Positions 41,886 to 51,952 of a stretch of 64,000 nt of DNA are shown piece by piece (positions within the stretch are counted from its first letter, which is position 1; each line of letters begins with the position of its first letter). This DNA is from an uncultured Acidobacteriota bacterium. GTDB taxonomy: Bacteria > Acidobacteriota > UBA6911 > RPQK01 > JAPXNP01. The DNA is taken from the NCBI GenBank assembly GCA_963777605.1, contig CAVZRV010000035.1, positions 128,001 to 192,000 of the forward strand. Direction: 5' to 3'. The translations under genes and the position numbers were made by a program. The notes under the pieces were generated by a model. It was given only the letters and a program-made list of their open reading frames with translations. It had not been told where the DNA came from and did no database searches.

Positions 41886-41998
41886 GTCCCCGTTCTCAAC
41901 GACAATGAATGGAGTACCTGCCCTCAAGCCTCGCTGGTTTCGCAATGTCTCGGGAATAACCACCTGACCCTTCGAGGACATCTTCGTCGTGGCTACTT
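41886..41998 (-). pseudogene. AbrB/MazE-type antitoxin fragment
   Basis: ATTKMSSKGQVVIPETLRNQRGLRAGTPFIVV, cut off at the M61 start. Confidence 0.6.
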
Positions 41999-42149
41999 CT
42001 CTGGGCTTCTTCCTCGTTACCCGTAAGATCCTAGCATGGAGCGAATCCGCCGTTCCGGTTGAGTCTGAGAGTCGCAAACCTGCGAGTGTTGCTCGCCCCC
42101 TTTCTCCTGAGAACTTGGCACGCCTCAGTGGCACCTTGATTTGAAGTCC

Positions 42150-42350
42150 TCCGCCTGGGTTGGGGGGTAGGGAAGCTCTCGCTTCTTCAGACCCTGGGCG
42201 CAATCGCTGCTGGACAGAGTAGTAGGATGGTGGTCGCCCGCCATATCGTCCCGCAGGGGCGGGACTGGGTCTGGCGTCGTGCCGGTGAACCCAGGACTCC
42301 GCTTCGCTGCGTTCTGGGCAACTCCATTCCTCACCGCAGTGCGGGGCTGG
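42150..42350. repeat. REP-like palindromic segment
   Basis: GTCCCGCAGGGGCGGGAC and CCCAGGAC...GTTCTGGG hairpins in an intergenic region. Confidence 0.45.
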
Positions 42351-42455
42351 ATTAATTCGGCACGGCTTTGCGGCGGCCCCCTCTGGGATGCTGCTTGTCA
42401 AGCGGGGCAAACAGGGATTTCACCGGGATGTATTCAGGATCAGTGAACTCCTGGG

Positions 42456-44138
42456 TCAATGTCGGTCCGGCTGGTGGGAGAGTGCGGCAATCATGTCGAG
42501 CAGGAGCGGGAGGCGGGCCTCAGTGCCGGCGGCATCCACCTCGGAAAGGGCCACATCGAGATTGACGAATGCCTGCTCAATCAGCAGGGCGTGCTCCAGG
42601 TCTTTGGCAGCTTCCGCTGTCTTACCCGGCGCAGGCTGGGACGTTCGGGCCTGATCCAGGAGGCGCCGGGCTGCTTCGAGTCTTGCCGCGTCGGCCTTTC
42701 CCAGGGCAACCCGTCGAACGGGCAGCAATTTTGCGGTCATCTCCATCTGATCTGAAATGCCGGGAGCCTTCTCGATGAGTTGTTCGGCGATTGTGATCGC
42801 TTCGCTCCAGATTTCCGGCAGAGCTGCAAAGCGGCCCAAGTAGAGTAGATCGTCAAACCCATCAACGTTGTTGAAGCGGCTCCAAAGTCTTTCTTTCAAT
42901 TTCCCAACTTCTTTTTCACGCTGGAGTCTCCAGAGACCGCTCCACCCATAGCCAGGGCCTAGACTCCTTGGACTTGCCAGCACTGGAGGGCCGCCAATGG
43001 AAATTGAGGATGAAAGATTCTGAGTTGAGATCGGGAAGGGCCATGGACTCGCGGCCGGATCGCCCACCCCACCACTCCAGGAGGGCGGCTTCACTCGATA
43101 TTCAGAGGCCATTTCTACAGAGGCAGCTTCACGTTCTCGTGTGAGTTGTCGGGAGTCTTCTATTTCAGTGACGAGGGCCTGAATCCGGGGACGGCCTTCA
43201 ACAGCTTGTTGGGTGAGATCGTGCCGGCCCCGGACATAGGATAGCGCCTCCAGAAGTTGGGAATCCCGGCCCGTAACGGCCAACCCCTTTCCGGCGACGC
43301 AGGTCGGCAGTGTCGTCTCCGGGGAAAGAGATCCGACTTTCTCTGCCAGCAACTGAAAGCCCTCGACAAAGAGCGGGCTTTGCAGTCGCGCCACGAAGTA
43401 GAGGGCTCGCCTGAAATTCACAATCGCGGCGGGAGACGCCGGTGCGGTGCGGAACTCGGCGAAGCAGTTCTGAATTTCGCCGGTCACGTCCGGTTGCAGG
43501 TTCTGTCGCACCAACTCGCGGGCGATCAAAATCTGGATCTCGAAGGTCGTTTCGAGTTTCGGAAAGAGCTGCCGCAGTGCCCGAAACTCCTGTCGTGCCC
43601 GACCGGCATCCCGAAGCGCGATGCCCCGCAGGTAACCATCGACCGCCTGGTCCACCAGGTCGCCGTGCTCCAGCGCCGGAGTCCCGTCGGGAGCCGGCGG
43701 CCAGTGGGCAAGCTTGTCATAAAGCCACTCTGCGTCCAGCGCGGGGAACTGACTGAAGAGCCGAAAGGCAAAGAGGGTCGCGCTCGCGTATTGACTTCCC
43801 GTCGAGGCACCCGCAACCTGGCGGCGGAACTGCTCTACGAGAAATCGGGCAACGGCTTCCTTGTTTTCAGGATCCAGCCTTGCCCAGTTCAGGCCGATCG
43901 CAAGAAACTCCTGTGAGGAAAACTGGTCTGCAGGAATCGCTGCAATCGTCTCGGTGGCCTTCCGCAGGACCTGCCGGGCCGAACGCAGCTCCCCGGGTGT
44001 GATACCCAGACGATCCGCCTGTTTGGCCAAGTCCCGATCGACACCCGACGGCAGTTGGAGATCGGTTGCGGGGGAGCCGAGCAGCGAAGCGCACGCAAGC
44101 AGGGACACGAACCCGAGCAACTTCTTTGTTGGAGACAT
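42456..44138 (-). CDS. Hypothetical secreted alpha-helical protein
   Basis: GGAGGAG RBS, signal peptide MSPTKKLLGFVSLLACASLLG and a long open frame; no recognised family. Confidence 0.7.
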   Translation of the reverse strand: MSPTKKLLGFVSLLACASLLGSPATDLQLPSGVDRDLAKQADRLGITPGELRSARQVLRKATETIAAIPADQFSSQEFLAIGLNWARLDPENKEAVARFLVEQFRRQVAGASTGSQYASATLFAFRLFSQFPALDAEWLYDKLAHWPPAPDGTPALEHGDLVDQAVDGYLRGIALRDAGRARQEFRALRQLFPKLETTFEIQILIARELVRQNLQPDVTGEIQNCFAEFRTAPASPAAIVNFRRALYFVARLQSPLFVEGFQLLAEKVGSLSPETTLPTCVAGKGLAVTGRDSQLLEALSYVRGRHDLTQQAVEGRPRIQALVTEIEDSRQLTREREAASVEMASEYRVKPPSWSGGVGDPAASPWPFPISTQNLSSSISIGGPPVLASPRSLGPGYGWSGLWRLQREKEVGKLKERLWSRFNNVDGFDDLLYLGRFAALPEIWSEAITIAEQLIEKAPGISDQMEMTAKLLPVRRVALGKADAARLEAARRLLDQARTSQPAPGKTAEAAKDLEHALLIEQAFVNLDVALSEVDAAGTEARLPLLLDMIAALSHQPDRH

Positions 44139-44199
44139 ATTCTGTCGCTCCTCCGGATATCCTAGCAGATGCAAAATCTGCACGAAAGGTTCAGCGCCC

Positions 44200-45420
44200 T
44201 GCCTCCACGCCAGCGCGGCGCTTCCGCGAATGGAGACCACTCCCAGGGTGAAACCGGGCCTGGCCAACCCGGGGGCGCGGCTTCGCCTTACCCCCGGCTC
44301 TGTGTCTGGCGCCAACCGGAGGTTTCAAGTCGACGCCCCCCGCGCCCTGCGCGGATCATTCAGAGGGTGAAACTGGTGGAGCATCTCCAGATGAGCGCGC
44401 CGACGCAGGGTCATTTTCAGCCCGGCGGAAACGCCCCGGGAATGGGATCCGGGGCGTCAATGCCGCACTGAAAGTGCGATTCAGTCCCGGTGGCGGACTG
44501 TTTCAGAACCAACCCGAAATCAAGAATCCTGGATTGAGAATGTTCACTTCCGCCGGGCAAGCTGCCCGGCCGCCATACCAGGCAGGGCCTGCCTGGATTA
44601 CTCTCCCTCCAGGAACGAGGAACCAGGAACCCATCCCAAAGGTGGTTTCAGGTCAGCCGGGCCCCCGGCGGCGCCGGACCATTCAAAGAGTGAAACTTGC
44701 CAAGTCCCAGCCGACCATCGCGATTCCCCCGCATTCAGTACGCGGGAGAGCGCGTGTCCGGAGGTTGATCCAATCCATCGAAGGATGCAGTTTGAAGCTA
44801 GCGGCGACGGAAGCTTTCGCTTCCTGAACTTGGCTGAGACGTTCCGGGTTGGGCAAAAGCGGAAGCTGCCGCTTCGCGCACTCCACATTGGGGGAGGCGC
44901 CCAAATTCAGGCTGGTGGGTGAGGAGAAGGCCGGAAGGGGATGCGAACCTCAGTGTCGAACGGCTGGTCCGGGATGCGATCTGCTCGTTGCCCTCGGCGA
45001 CGGTCCGTACACTTCCCTCTCTCATTTCGAAAATTCCGTGGGTGCTTGAGACCATGCAGGTTCCACTCCGAAGTGATCCTTCGAAGTCTGTGCCACGCTG
45101 AACCATGAACGCAAGAATTTTCTCCCGAGTTCGCCAGTACTGCAGAATTGATATGGAGTGCGCGAAGCGACAGCTTCCGCTTTAAACCCCGGCAGGTCGG
45201 GGGCAATGCCGGCGAGTCCGGTTCCGCAGCCCAAGCAACGCGATGGTCAGCGTTGCCCGTGCGGCGCCGGAATACTCACAGAGTGAGGCTTAGCCTTGTC
45301 GGGTTGAACCGACGCAAAGGCGCTAAAGAATCTCTTGCTTTCAACAATAACGCCCTTGGCTTCCTTGGCGTCTTCGCGGTGAAATTCAACGTCTCCCAAT
45401 TTGAAGTTTCGGGTCAGCGA
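44200..45420. repeat. Mosaic cluster of palindromic REP-like modules
   Basis: Repeated GGA.CATTCA.AG.GTGAAACT units; inverted pair AGCGGAAGCTGCCGCTTCGCGCACTCCA (44859) / TGGAGTGCGCGAAGCGACAGCTTCCGCT (45154); no credible ORF. Confidence 0.7.
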
Positions 45421-46169
45421 GCCTCCCCCTCGACCACGGCTTCCGGGAACCGTCCCTCGACGCCACGGCGGAGACGATCGAGCAGGAGCAGCATCTCGAG
45501 CAGGTCGGTGGTCGCCAGTGACAAGCTGTCGTGGATGGTTACCCAGCCGTCGATGGAACGCTGAATTGCTTGCAGGGCCATCCCGGCTGAGCGCGCTGCG
45601 TCCTCCTTTGCGAAGGGTTCATCGGCTTCCTCAGCCCTCCCCCTGGACGAGACTGCCCGTGAAAGCTTTCCGAAGATCAGGTAGCGATAATGCAGAATCG
45701 ATTCGAGGGCTTCGGTGCAGCCCTCGATGGTCTCTTTGCCTATGCCCTTCTCAGGAGCAATGCCCAGTTCGACCTTCTTCATGACCCCGGCTGCAGCGGC
45801 CGCGAGAGCGTCCTGCACGAGGTTGATCGGATGGCAGCAATCGCTAACGTATTTTCGAGCCTGCTGGACCAGATCGTCATTCAAGAGCTCCGGGACGGCG
45901 CACTCGCTCCCGGAATCGTCTTCGCAGATTTCTTCCCGATCCAACCCTTGCGCCCTCATGGCCTCCGCAAGCAGATCAGCGGTCGTGTCGAGACAACCGG
46001 AGATCGAAGCGAAGGGATCTTCGTCCGAAAACTCCATTTCCTGGTCGATCGCGAACTGGAGACAGTTCTCCTGGTGCGGGCAACGTGCACACCGCCGGTC
46101 GCAGTAGTTGTAGATCCCCGGGATGTGCCCGGGAGTCGCCGCCAGTTCAAGTAGTCGCTTCGCATCCAT
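45414..46169 (-). CDS. Conserved hypothetical protein with N-terminal Cys cluster
   Basis: IPGIYNYCDRRCARCPHQENC and a helical C-terminus ending VEGRFPEA. Confidence 0.75.
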   Translation of the reverse strand: MDAKRLLELAATPGHIPGIYNYCDRRCARCPHQENCLQFAIDQEMEFSDEDPFASISGCLDTTADLLAEAMRAQGLDREEICEDDSGSECAVPELLNDDLVQQARKYVSDCCHPINLVQDALAAAAAGVMKKVELGIAPEKGIGKETIEGCTEALESILHYRYLIFGKLSRAVSSRGRAEEADEPFAKEDAARSAGMALQAIQRSIDGWVTIHDSLSLATTDLLEMLLLLDRLRRGVEGRFPEAVVEGEAR

Positions 46170-46478
46170 CGTCTGTATTCCTTCCGTTTCGCTGCGGATT
46201 CAGCCTGGGGACCGCTCACCCCGATGCCCGACAAGTCGTGAATCCATTGGTTTGTTCCGTTCACAAACCAATAACGTTCGACCCGCGGAAAATGACGGCA
46301 AAATAATCCAGGCTGCCAGCCTGACAGGTCGAACGGGCCGCCGGCCCGTTCGGGGAGGTGCTGTGCTTGCGGGCGCCGGGCAGGGCTGCCCGACGGACAG
46401 TCCTGGCAGGGCTGCCAGGACTACTCTGCAGAGATCCACACATTTCCTGACCCCAGCCGCCATGGCGGGCTCGTGAAC

Positions 46479-48035
46479 TCACAGACCCACGGTGGGGCGG
46501 AGGGTCAGGGTGCCGTCCGATTCCGTCTTCTGATGGCAGGCCCAGGTCACGGGATGGCGAACGCCTTTGACTTCCAATTCGCCTTTGAGTCTCAGTCCCT
46601 TCCAGGCTGTCCCTTTCGGCAACAGGAACATGGCCTGCCGGACTCCGCGGATGTGGGGATACCCCGGGTCCAGGTAGCCGCCGGCCAGTTCGCTGCCGCT
46701 GGACCCCAGGATCGACACCCTGAGCGTGCCCGGAACACTGGCAATGCCGTCGTTGACGAAACCGACAACCAGGCCGGGATAGCCTTCCTTCTCGAATGAC
46801 CAGATCCACGATGGCCTGACCCGATATCCGATGGACCGGGCAATTCGGTCAATGGGAGCAGGAAACTGCTCGTAGTAGCTCAGGATGTTGCGGGCCCCAA
46901 TATTGTGCCAGTTCCACAGCGACCAGTAATTGGCTCCCAGGTCGATCACGTGGGCGATGATGTTCTCGGTGTAGGTGACCCCCGCGTCAATTCGCAGTCT
47001 CGCAGGATCGCCGGTGGTCATGCCAACTTCGCTGACCGCCGCGGTCCACGGAGGACGGTTGGCAAGCGACTCGATCTGGGAATTTTCGATGAAGATCGTG
47101 TCGGTCCTGAGCCACTCATTTCCCCGCACGGTCCGATCGACCAGCTCCGAGTTCCCCACCCGGCTGAAATCGGGCTGGGTGTTGGTCACGAGCGGGGTTC
47201 GCCGCATGTACTCGCGCTGTACGTCGAACATCCTGACGAAGGTCTCCTCGGCGATTCGGTCGTCGGGAAAAGGGTGTCCATCAAAAGGCCAGGTGTGACC
47301 TTCGCCCCAGAAACCGTACATGAACGTGTCCATGTATTCGACCAGGTCGTTGCCGTCCAGTTCGTCGGCCAGGAGTTCGTTCAGTTCCCGAAAGGCCGCC
47401 TGGTAGGCCGGGTCGTCGTATCGCGGCAGACGGTGTTCCTTGCGGTATCGGACTCGACTGGAATCGCCGGTCCAACTGCCCTGAAGCTTGACGTAGGGGA
47501 TGCGGTCCGCCAGAAAGTCCGGGACTCCCAACTCGGGGATGTCCGGGTTCTCCAGCATGATCCTGAAACCAACTCGTTTTCCGTACCGACGAGCCAGGTC
47601 AAAGGTGATCTTCCAGTATTCCGGGAAATCGAGCCTGCCCGCGCGGCTTTGAATTTCTCTCCAGTTCGGACGGAGGTAAATCTTCTGGGCGAACGGCAGC
47701 TTGACGAGATCCTCGATCGACTTCTCCAGCGACTCGCCCTCGATTCGGGGAGGCCCGATGTCGCCCGACACGTAGACGACCAATCCCATGCCGAAATTGG
47801 GAACGATCTCGGACGACGGGGTCGTCGCCATCACGACTTCACTTCCGGGAAGAAACTCCTCAGGTGCATACTGCGGGAACGGTCCCTGGTACAGGCGAGG
47901 TTCCTTCACAGGCCCGTTCCCGAAGTTGTAGCCATCCCAGTTGTGGGCCGGGATTCGCGCTTGCGCCGTTCTCACGCTCACCGCTCCGGGAAGAGCAGCA
48001 GCACCCAGAGATCCCAAAAACGCCCGCCGTTTCAT
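46479..48035 (-). CDS. Tat-exported glycoside-hydrolase-like protein
   Basis: MKRRAFL twin-arginine signal; YLRPNWREIQ, GFWGEGH and IGYRVRP resemble DUF4832/GH-A-type proteins. Confidence 0.65.
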   Translation of the reverse strand: MKRRAFLGSLGAAALPGAVSVRTAQARIPAHNWDGYNFGNGPVKEPRLYQGPFPQYAPEEFLPGSEVVMATTPSSEIVPNFGMGLVVYVSGDIGPPRIEGESLEKSIEDLVKLPFAQKIYLRPNWREIQSRAGRLDFPEYWKITFDLARRYGKRVGFRIMLENPDIPELGVPDFLADRIPYVKLQGSWTGDSSRVRYRKEHRLPRYDDPAYQAAFRELNELLADELDGNDLVEYMDTFMYGFWGEGHTWPFDGHPFPDDRIAEETFVRMFDVQREYMRRTPLVTNTQPDFSRVGNSELVDRTVRGNEWLRTDTIFIENSQIESLANRPPWTAAVSEVGMTTGDPARLRIDAGVTYTENIIAHVIDLGANYWSLWNWHNIGARNILSYYEQFPAPIDRIARSIGYRVRPSWIWSFEKEGYPGLVVGFVNDGIASVPGTLRVSILGSSGSELAGGYLDPGYPHIRGVRQAMFLLPKGTAWKGLRLKGELEVKGVRHPVTWACHQKTESDGTLTLRPTVGL

Positions 48036-48268
48036 TGCGTCACCCTCTTGTGTCAGTTGCCGGGAACCGGCGCTCTACTAGAACCGGCCGGGAACAACTC
48101 CGGAATTGGATCGGAGTCGATCACAGTTGCCGGAAACTTCAGCGTCCCTTTCCATCAGAGTATGACGGCTCCTCCGGGAGAAGTCACCCGATCCCGGTGC
48201 TATAGTGATGCCGTGAATCGCTCCCATCGACTGAGGACCGGGCGTGATTCGCAGGGGGATGCAGTGGA

Positions 48269-49069
48269 ATGGCCTTCACGGGAAATCGTGTCGTCATTGT
48301 GACCGGAGCCGGCAACGGTATCGGTTTTCACCTCACCCGGGCTCTCCTGGACCGGCCCTTCCTGGTCGCCGGACTGGACCGAGCCACCCACCGCCTTCAC
48401 GAACTCGCCGCAACCTGCACGGATAACCTCGAGGTGTGCGAGTGCGACGTCACGGACGAGTCCCAGGTGGAAGCGGCCGTCGAAGCGGTGATCGAGCGGT
48501 GGAGCCGGATCGACGTCCTGGTCAACAACGCCTGCCTCGCGGTTTTCGAGCCTTTCGATCGTGAGGACCGAATGGGCAGTATCCGTCGGGAATTCGAGGT
48601 CAACTTCTTCGGCTACCTGAACCTGATCCGCGCGGTTCTTCCCCGGATGAAGTCTCAAGAAGGAGGAGTTATCCACAACGTCAGTTCCGGGGTGGGCATG
48701 ACCGGATTCCCCGGCCTCTCCGGCTACACCTCCACAAAGGGAGCCGTCGAGGCATTGACCCGAACGTTGGCTTTCGAGCTCGAAGCCTTTGGAATCACCG
48801 TCAACCTGATTCACCCGCCCTTGACGGACACGGCTTCTGCCTCGCCGCTGGGGATCCCGAAGCAGATGATGAGCGATCCGGCCCGGGTGGGACGGGATCT
48901 GGCAGCAAAGATTGGAACCCGCGATCCCATCATCACTCCGGACTGGAAGACAGGTTTCGGGCTCTTTATCAACCGGCATTTCCCGGGATTGGTCGGCAAC
49001 CTGATGGTGCGGCAGACGAGACGGGTGCAGTCATCGTCCCGTCCCACCGCAGGAAAGAAGGAGGGCTGA
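48269..49069 (+). CDS. Short-chain dehydrogenase/reductase
   Basis: TGAGNGIG, LVNNA and YTSTK. Confidence 0.92.
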   Translation: MAFTGNRVVIVTGAGNGIGFHLTRALLDRPFLVAGLDRATHRLHELAATCTDNLEVCECDVTDESQVEAAVEAVIERWSRIDVLVNNACLAVFEPFDREDRMGSIRREFEVNFFGYLNLIRAVLPRMKSQEGGVIHNVSSGVGMTGFPGLSGYTSTKGAVEALTRTLAFELEAFGITVNLIHPPLTDTASASPLGIPKQMMSDPARVGRDLAAKIGTRDPIITPDWKTGFGLFINRHFPGLVGNLMVRQTRRVQSSSRPTAGKKEG

Positions 49070-49073
49070 GGAA

Positions 49074-49664
49074 ATGGACGCGCGACGGCAAGGGGCTGAG
49101 GGAGCCAATTGCAAGGGGAAGATGCTCGATCGGAGAAGGCTCTGTCAGGTTGCCTGTGGCGGTACGGTGTTCGCGTGGGGAGGGGCCTCCCTTTTGGGCC
49201 AGGAGGGCAAGTCGTGGTTGACTGCGGAGGACCGGGTTGCAGTTGCACGAATGCACTTTCGGATGGGGTTTCACTGTGCCCAATCGATCCTCGCAGCCTA
49301 CGCCGAAGACTTCGGAATCGATCCGGACACGGCCCTCAAACTATCTGCGGGACTCGCGGGAGGATCGACCGCCGGAGGGGAGTGCGGGACAGTCGGTGCC
49401 GCTTACCTGATCCTCGGGTTGCGCCACGGTCGAACGTTACCCGCCTTTGGAGACGTGGAAAAAGAGGCGGAACTGTTCGACCGGATCAAGGATTTTCTCA
49501 AGGAATTCGCTGCCCGACACGGGGCAATCACCTGCCGGGACCTGCTGGGCATCGATGTTTTTACCCGGGAAGGGAGAGAAGAAGGACTGCGCCGTAACCT
49601 GTTCGCGGAACGCTGCCCCCGCTTCATTCAGTCTTCCGTTGAAATTCTGGAGGAATTGGCCTGA
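49074..49664 (+). CDS. C-GCAxxG-C-C family putative redox protein with Tat-like leader
   Basis: GFHCAQS, ECGTVGA, ITCRDLLG and RCPRF; DRRRLC leader. Confidence 0.8.
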   Translation: MDARRQGAEGANCKGKMLDRRRLCQVACGGTVFAWGGASLLGQEGKSWLTAEDRVAVARMHFRMGFHCAQSILAAYAEDFGIDPDTALKLSAGLAGGSTAGGECGTVGAAYLILGLRHGRTLPAFGDVEKEAELFDRIKDFLKEFAARHGAITCRDLLGIDVFTREGREEGLRRNLFAERCPRFIQSSVEILEELA

Positions 49665-49682
49665 CCTCGAACGGCTGGGAGA

Positions 49683-50747
49683 TCAGATTTCGAGGGCTTT
49701 GAGGAACTCTTTAGCGACCTTGTTTTGCTCGTACTCCTCTACTCTCTGCAAGGCCCCGGCAGAAAAGAAGCGCCGAAGTTCCGCATCACCCAACATCCGG
49801 GCAAGCAAGCGGCTCAACTCTCCAGGGTCACCGGGCCGGAACAACAGTCCGACTTGATTCTCTTTCACGACTTCCGGAGTTGCGCCCGCCCGGGCTGCCA
49901 CGATCGGCAGGCCCGCCGCCATCGCCTCGAGGAAGACGATTCCAAAGCCTTCCTGCAGGCTCGGCAAGCAGAACAAATCGGCTTCAAAATAGTGACGCAT
50001 CAACTGGATACGATCTCGGACCGCCCCGAGAAATCTCAGGTTGGGCCCCAGGCCGAGGTCATCCGCCAGTCTCCGGAGGCTGTCCAGCCGGGGGCCGATT
50101 CCCACGATTCGAACCTGCACATCGGGGATCCGTTGCCGCAAAAGGAAGAGGGCCTTAAGCAGTGTAACGGTGTCCTTGCGACGATACTGGTGGGCAACGC
50201 TGAGTATCGTCGGCCGGGGATCTGATCGCAAGAGAACCTGACATCTCATCTCCCTCCAGACGGACAGGTCAATACACTCCGGGACGATCGCCAGCTGCTC
50301 CCGCTTCAAGCCGTAAGCCCGTTCCGCGGTCCCGGCACAGTACCGGCTGGTTACCAGCGCGCGCCGGGCATTGCGGGCATTGGTCATTTCCAGGCTCGCC
50401 TGGAACCTCAGCTTCAGCCTTTTCGCCGGCGCTTCAAAACGGGCCTCGTCTGCGGAGACTCCCTTCAGTGCCAGGAAATAGCTCCCGGTTCCTGCCCGGG
50501 AAAGAGCGCACCCGTCGATGTCGAAGCCAAGAAGGGCGTCGAACTGGGATCTCCGCAACCGGGGAACGGTTCGGAGGTTAGCGCAGAGGCGATCGACAAG
50601 CCTGGCACTCGCTCCACTCCGGCTTGTGAACGGAAACACCCGGTGCCCCAGAGACTCGAGCCCGAGCTGCAATTGCTGAATGGCTACAGCCGTGCCGGAT
50701 CCCCGGACCGGGTCCGTGGTCCAGGTGTTAACGAACGCAATCTTCAT
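49683..50747 (-). CDS. GT4 glycosyltransferase
   Basis: PSLQEGFGIVFLEAMAAGLPIV. Confidence 0.9.
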   Translation of the reverse strand: MKIAFVNTWTTDPVRGSGTAVAIQQLQLGLESLGHRVFPFTSRSGASARLVDRLCANLRTVPRLRRSQFDALLGFDIDGCALSRAGTGSYFLALKGVSADEARFEAPAKRLKLRFQASLEMTNARNARRALVTSRYCAGTAERAYGLKREQLAIVPECIDLSVWREMRCQVLLRSDPRPTILSVAHQYRRKDTVTLLKALFLLRQRIPDVQVRIVGIGPRLDSLRRLADDLGLGPNLRFLGAVRDRIQLMRHYFEADLFCLPSLQEGFGIVFLEAMAAGLPIVAARAGATPEVVKENQVGLLFRPGDPGELSRLLARMLGDAELRRFFSAGALQRVEEYEQNKVAKEFLKALEI

Positions 50748-50797
50748 GGAACCACCCATGCGGATCACTCAAAGAGGGAAAATTGCCACGGCTCTAT

Positions 50798-51290
50798 TGA
50801 ACCGCGCCAAGGCGCGAAGCCTTTCTTTGTTTTGGACCAAGAGAGCCCTGGTGATCTTTGCGGTGAAAATCGAAGCCTCCAGATTGAAGGTTCAGGTGAG
50901 CCGCTCCCTCCGCGCGCGGAGACCATGCAGCGAGTGAAACTGAGCCGGGCGCCTTGGTTTCAGCCCAGGGCTTGCCTTGGGTCTGTGGTCCTGCACTTCG
51001 ATTGCGGCCTGTAAGGTCGCGCCCCGGATTCACCTCGTCCGAAGAGGTGTTCAGCCCCTTCAGGGCTGGATTCTTGATGGGTGGACCGTAAACCCAGGCA
51101 AATGCCTGGCCTGGAAACAGGCCCCCTTCAGGGGCCAGCCCGGCGGCGATCCTGTGATCATCACTCATCCACGTCTGGCTCCTGACCAGGAACCAGGATC
51201 CAGCCGATAATCACGGCCTTGGCTCTCCACCGATCGCCTTTATCTCCATCCAGACGTGTCCAAATCGTCCCGGCTTTCCAACTCATCCAG
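50798..51290 (-). repeat. REP/BIME-like dispersed element, copy B, with an adjoining module resembling 45305-45420
   Basis: Inverted homolog of 25940-26406 lacking the MITE and retaining the hairpin CCCAGGGCTTGCCTTGGG. Confidence 0.85.
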
Positions 51291-51299
51291 ATTGGCCCA

Positions 51300-51632
51300 T
51301 TAGGTGAGCTGGTCGACTTTGGCGGCCAGGATGAAGTCATTCTCGCTGAGCCCGTCGATGGCATGAGTCCAGAGCTTTATTCCCACCTTGCCCCAGGACA
51401 GGAAGAGATCCGGGTGGTGCTGCTCCTCTTCTGCAACCTCGCCAATCTTGTTGACGAAGTCCAGTGCCTGCTTGAAGTCGTCAAATTTGAACTCCCGTTC
51501 GAGGTGATGCCCATCGGTCACCTTCCAGTCCGGGTCGATTTCATCCTTGAACGCAGTCAGTTTCTCACCTCGGAGCGGCGGAGTGTCTCCGCTGCATGGC
51601 TTGCATTTTCTTGTTTCCAGGTTATTTGACAT
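51300..51632 (-). CDS. phhB: Pterin-4-alpha-carbinolamine dehydratase
   Basis: CKPCSG, AEEEQHHPDL and WTHAIDGLSENDFILAAK. Confidence 0.92.
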   Translation of the reverse strand: MSNNLETRKCKPCSGDTPPLRGEKLTAFKDEIDPDWKVTDGHHLEREFKFDDFKQALDFVNKIGEVAEEEQHHPDLFLSWGKVGIKLWTHAIDGLSENDFILAAKVDQLT

Positions 51633-51952
51633 GAAGTCTCCTTTCGGGTCGGCAGTCCTGGTTTGTTGTTACAGAATACAGGGGCTACCATCACGGAGTT
51701 CCAACCGTCGGTCCAGTTCTCAGACGGCATTCACCGGCAAGTAGCGTTCTATCCATTAAACCGCGAGTCGAACATCAGTTCCAACCGGCCGGTCGGACCC
51801 TCTTCACCAGTATTTCTCCCACGGTCAAACCACAACGTCGGCAGTCTTCTTCGCAGTTGATTGCGAAGAGGATTAGAATCTTTCCTTCGCCGATCGGGAA
51901 CGATCGGAGTTCCGCTTCTGGAACTTGAATGACCAGGTAGGTGACGTGCGCG

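Noticed and set aside
44200-45420. CRISPR array
   Set aside because: Repeats are degenerate and irregularly spaced (about 320-600 bp), with no cas genes in the window.
46905-48302. 465-aa plus-strand ORF (likewise 61655..63043 and 62886..63935)
   Set aside because: Antisense shadows of recognisable genes.
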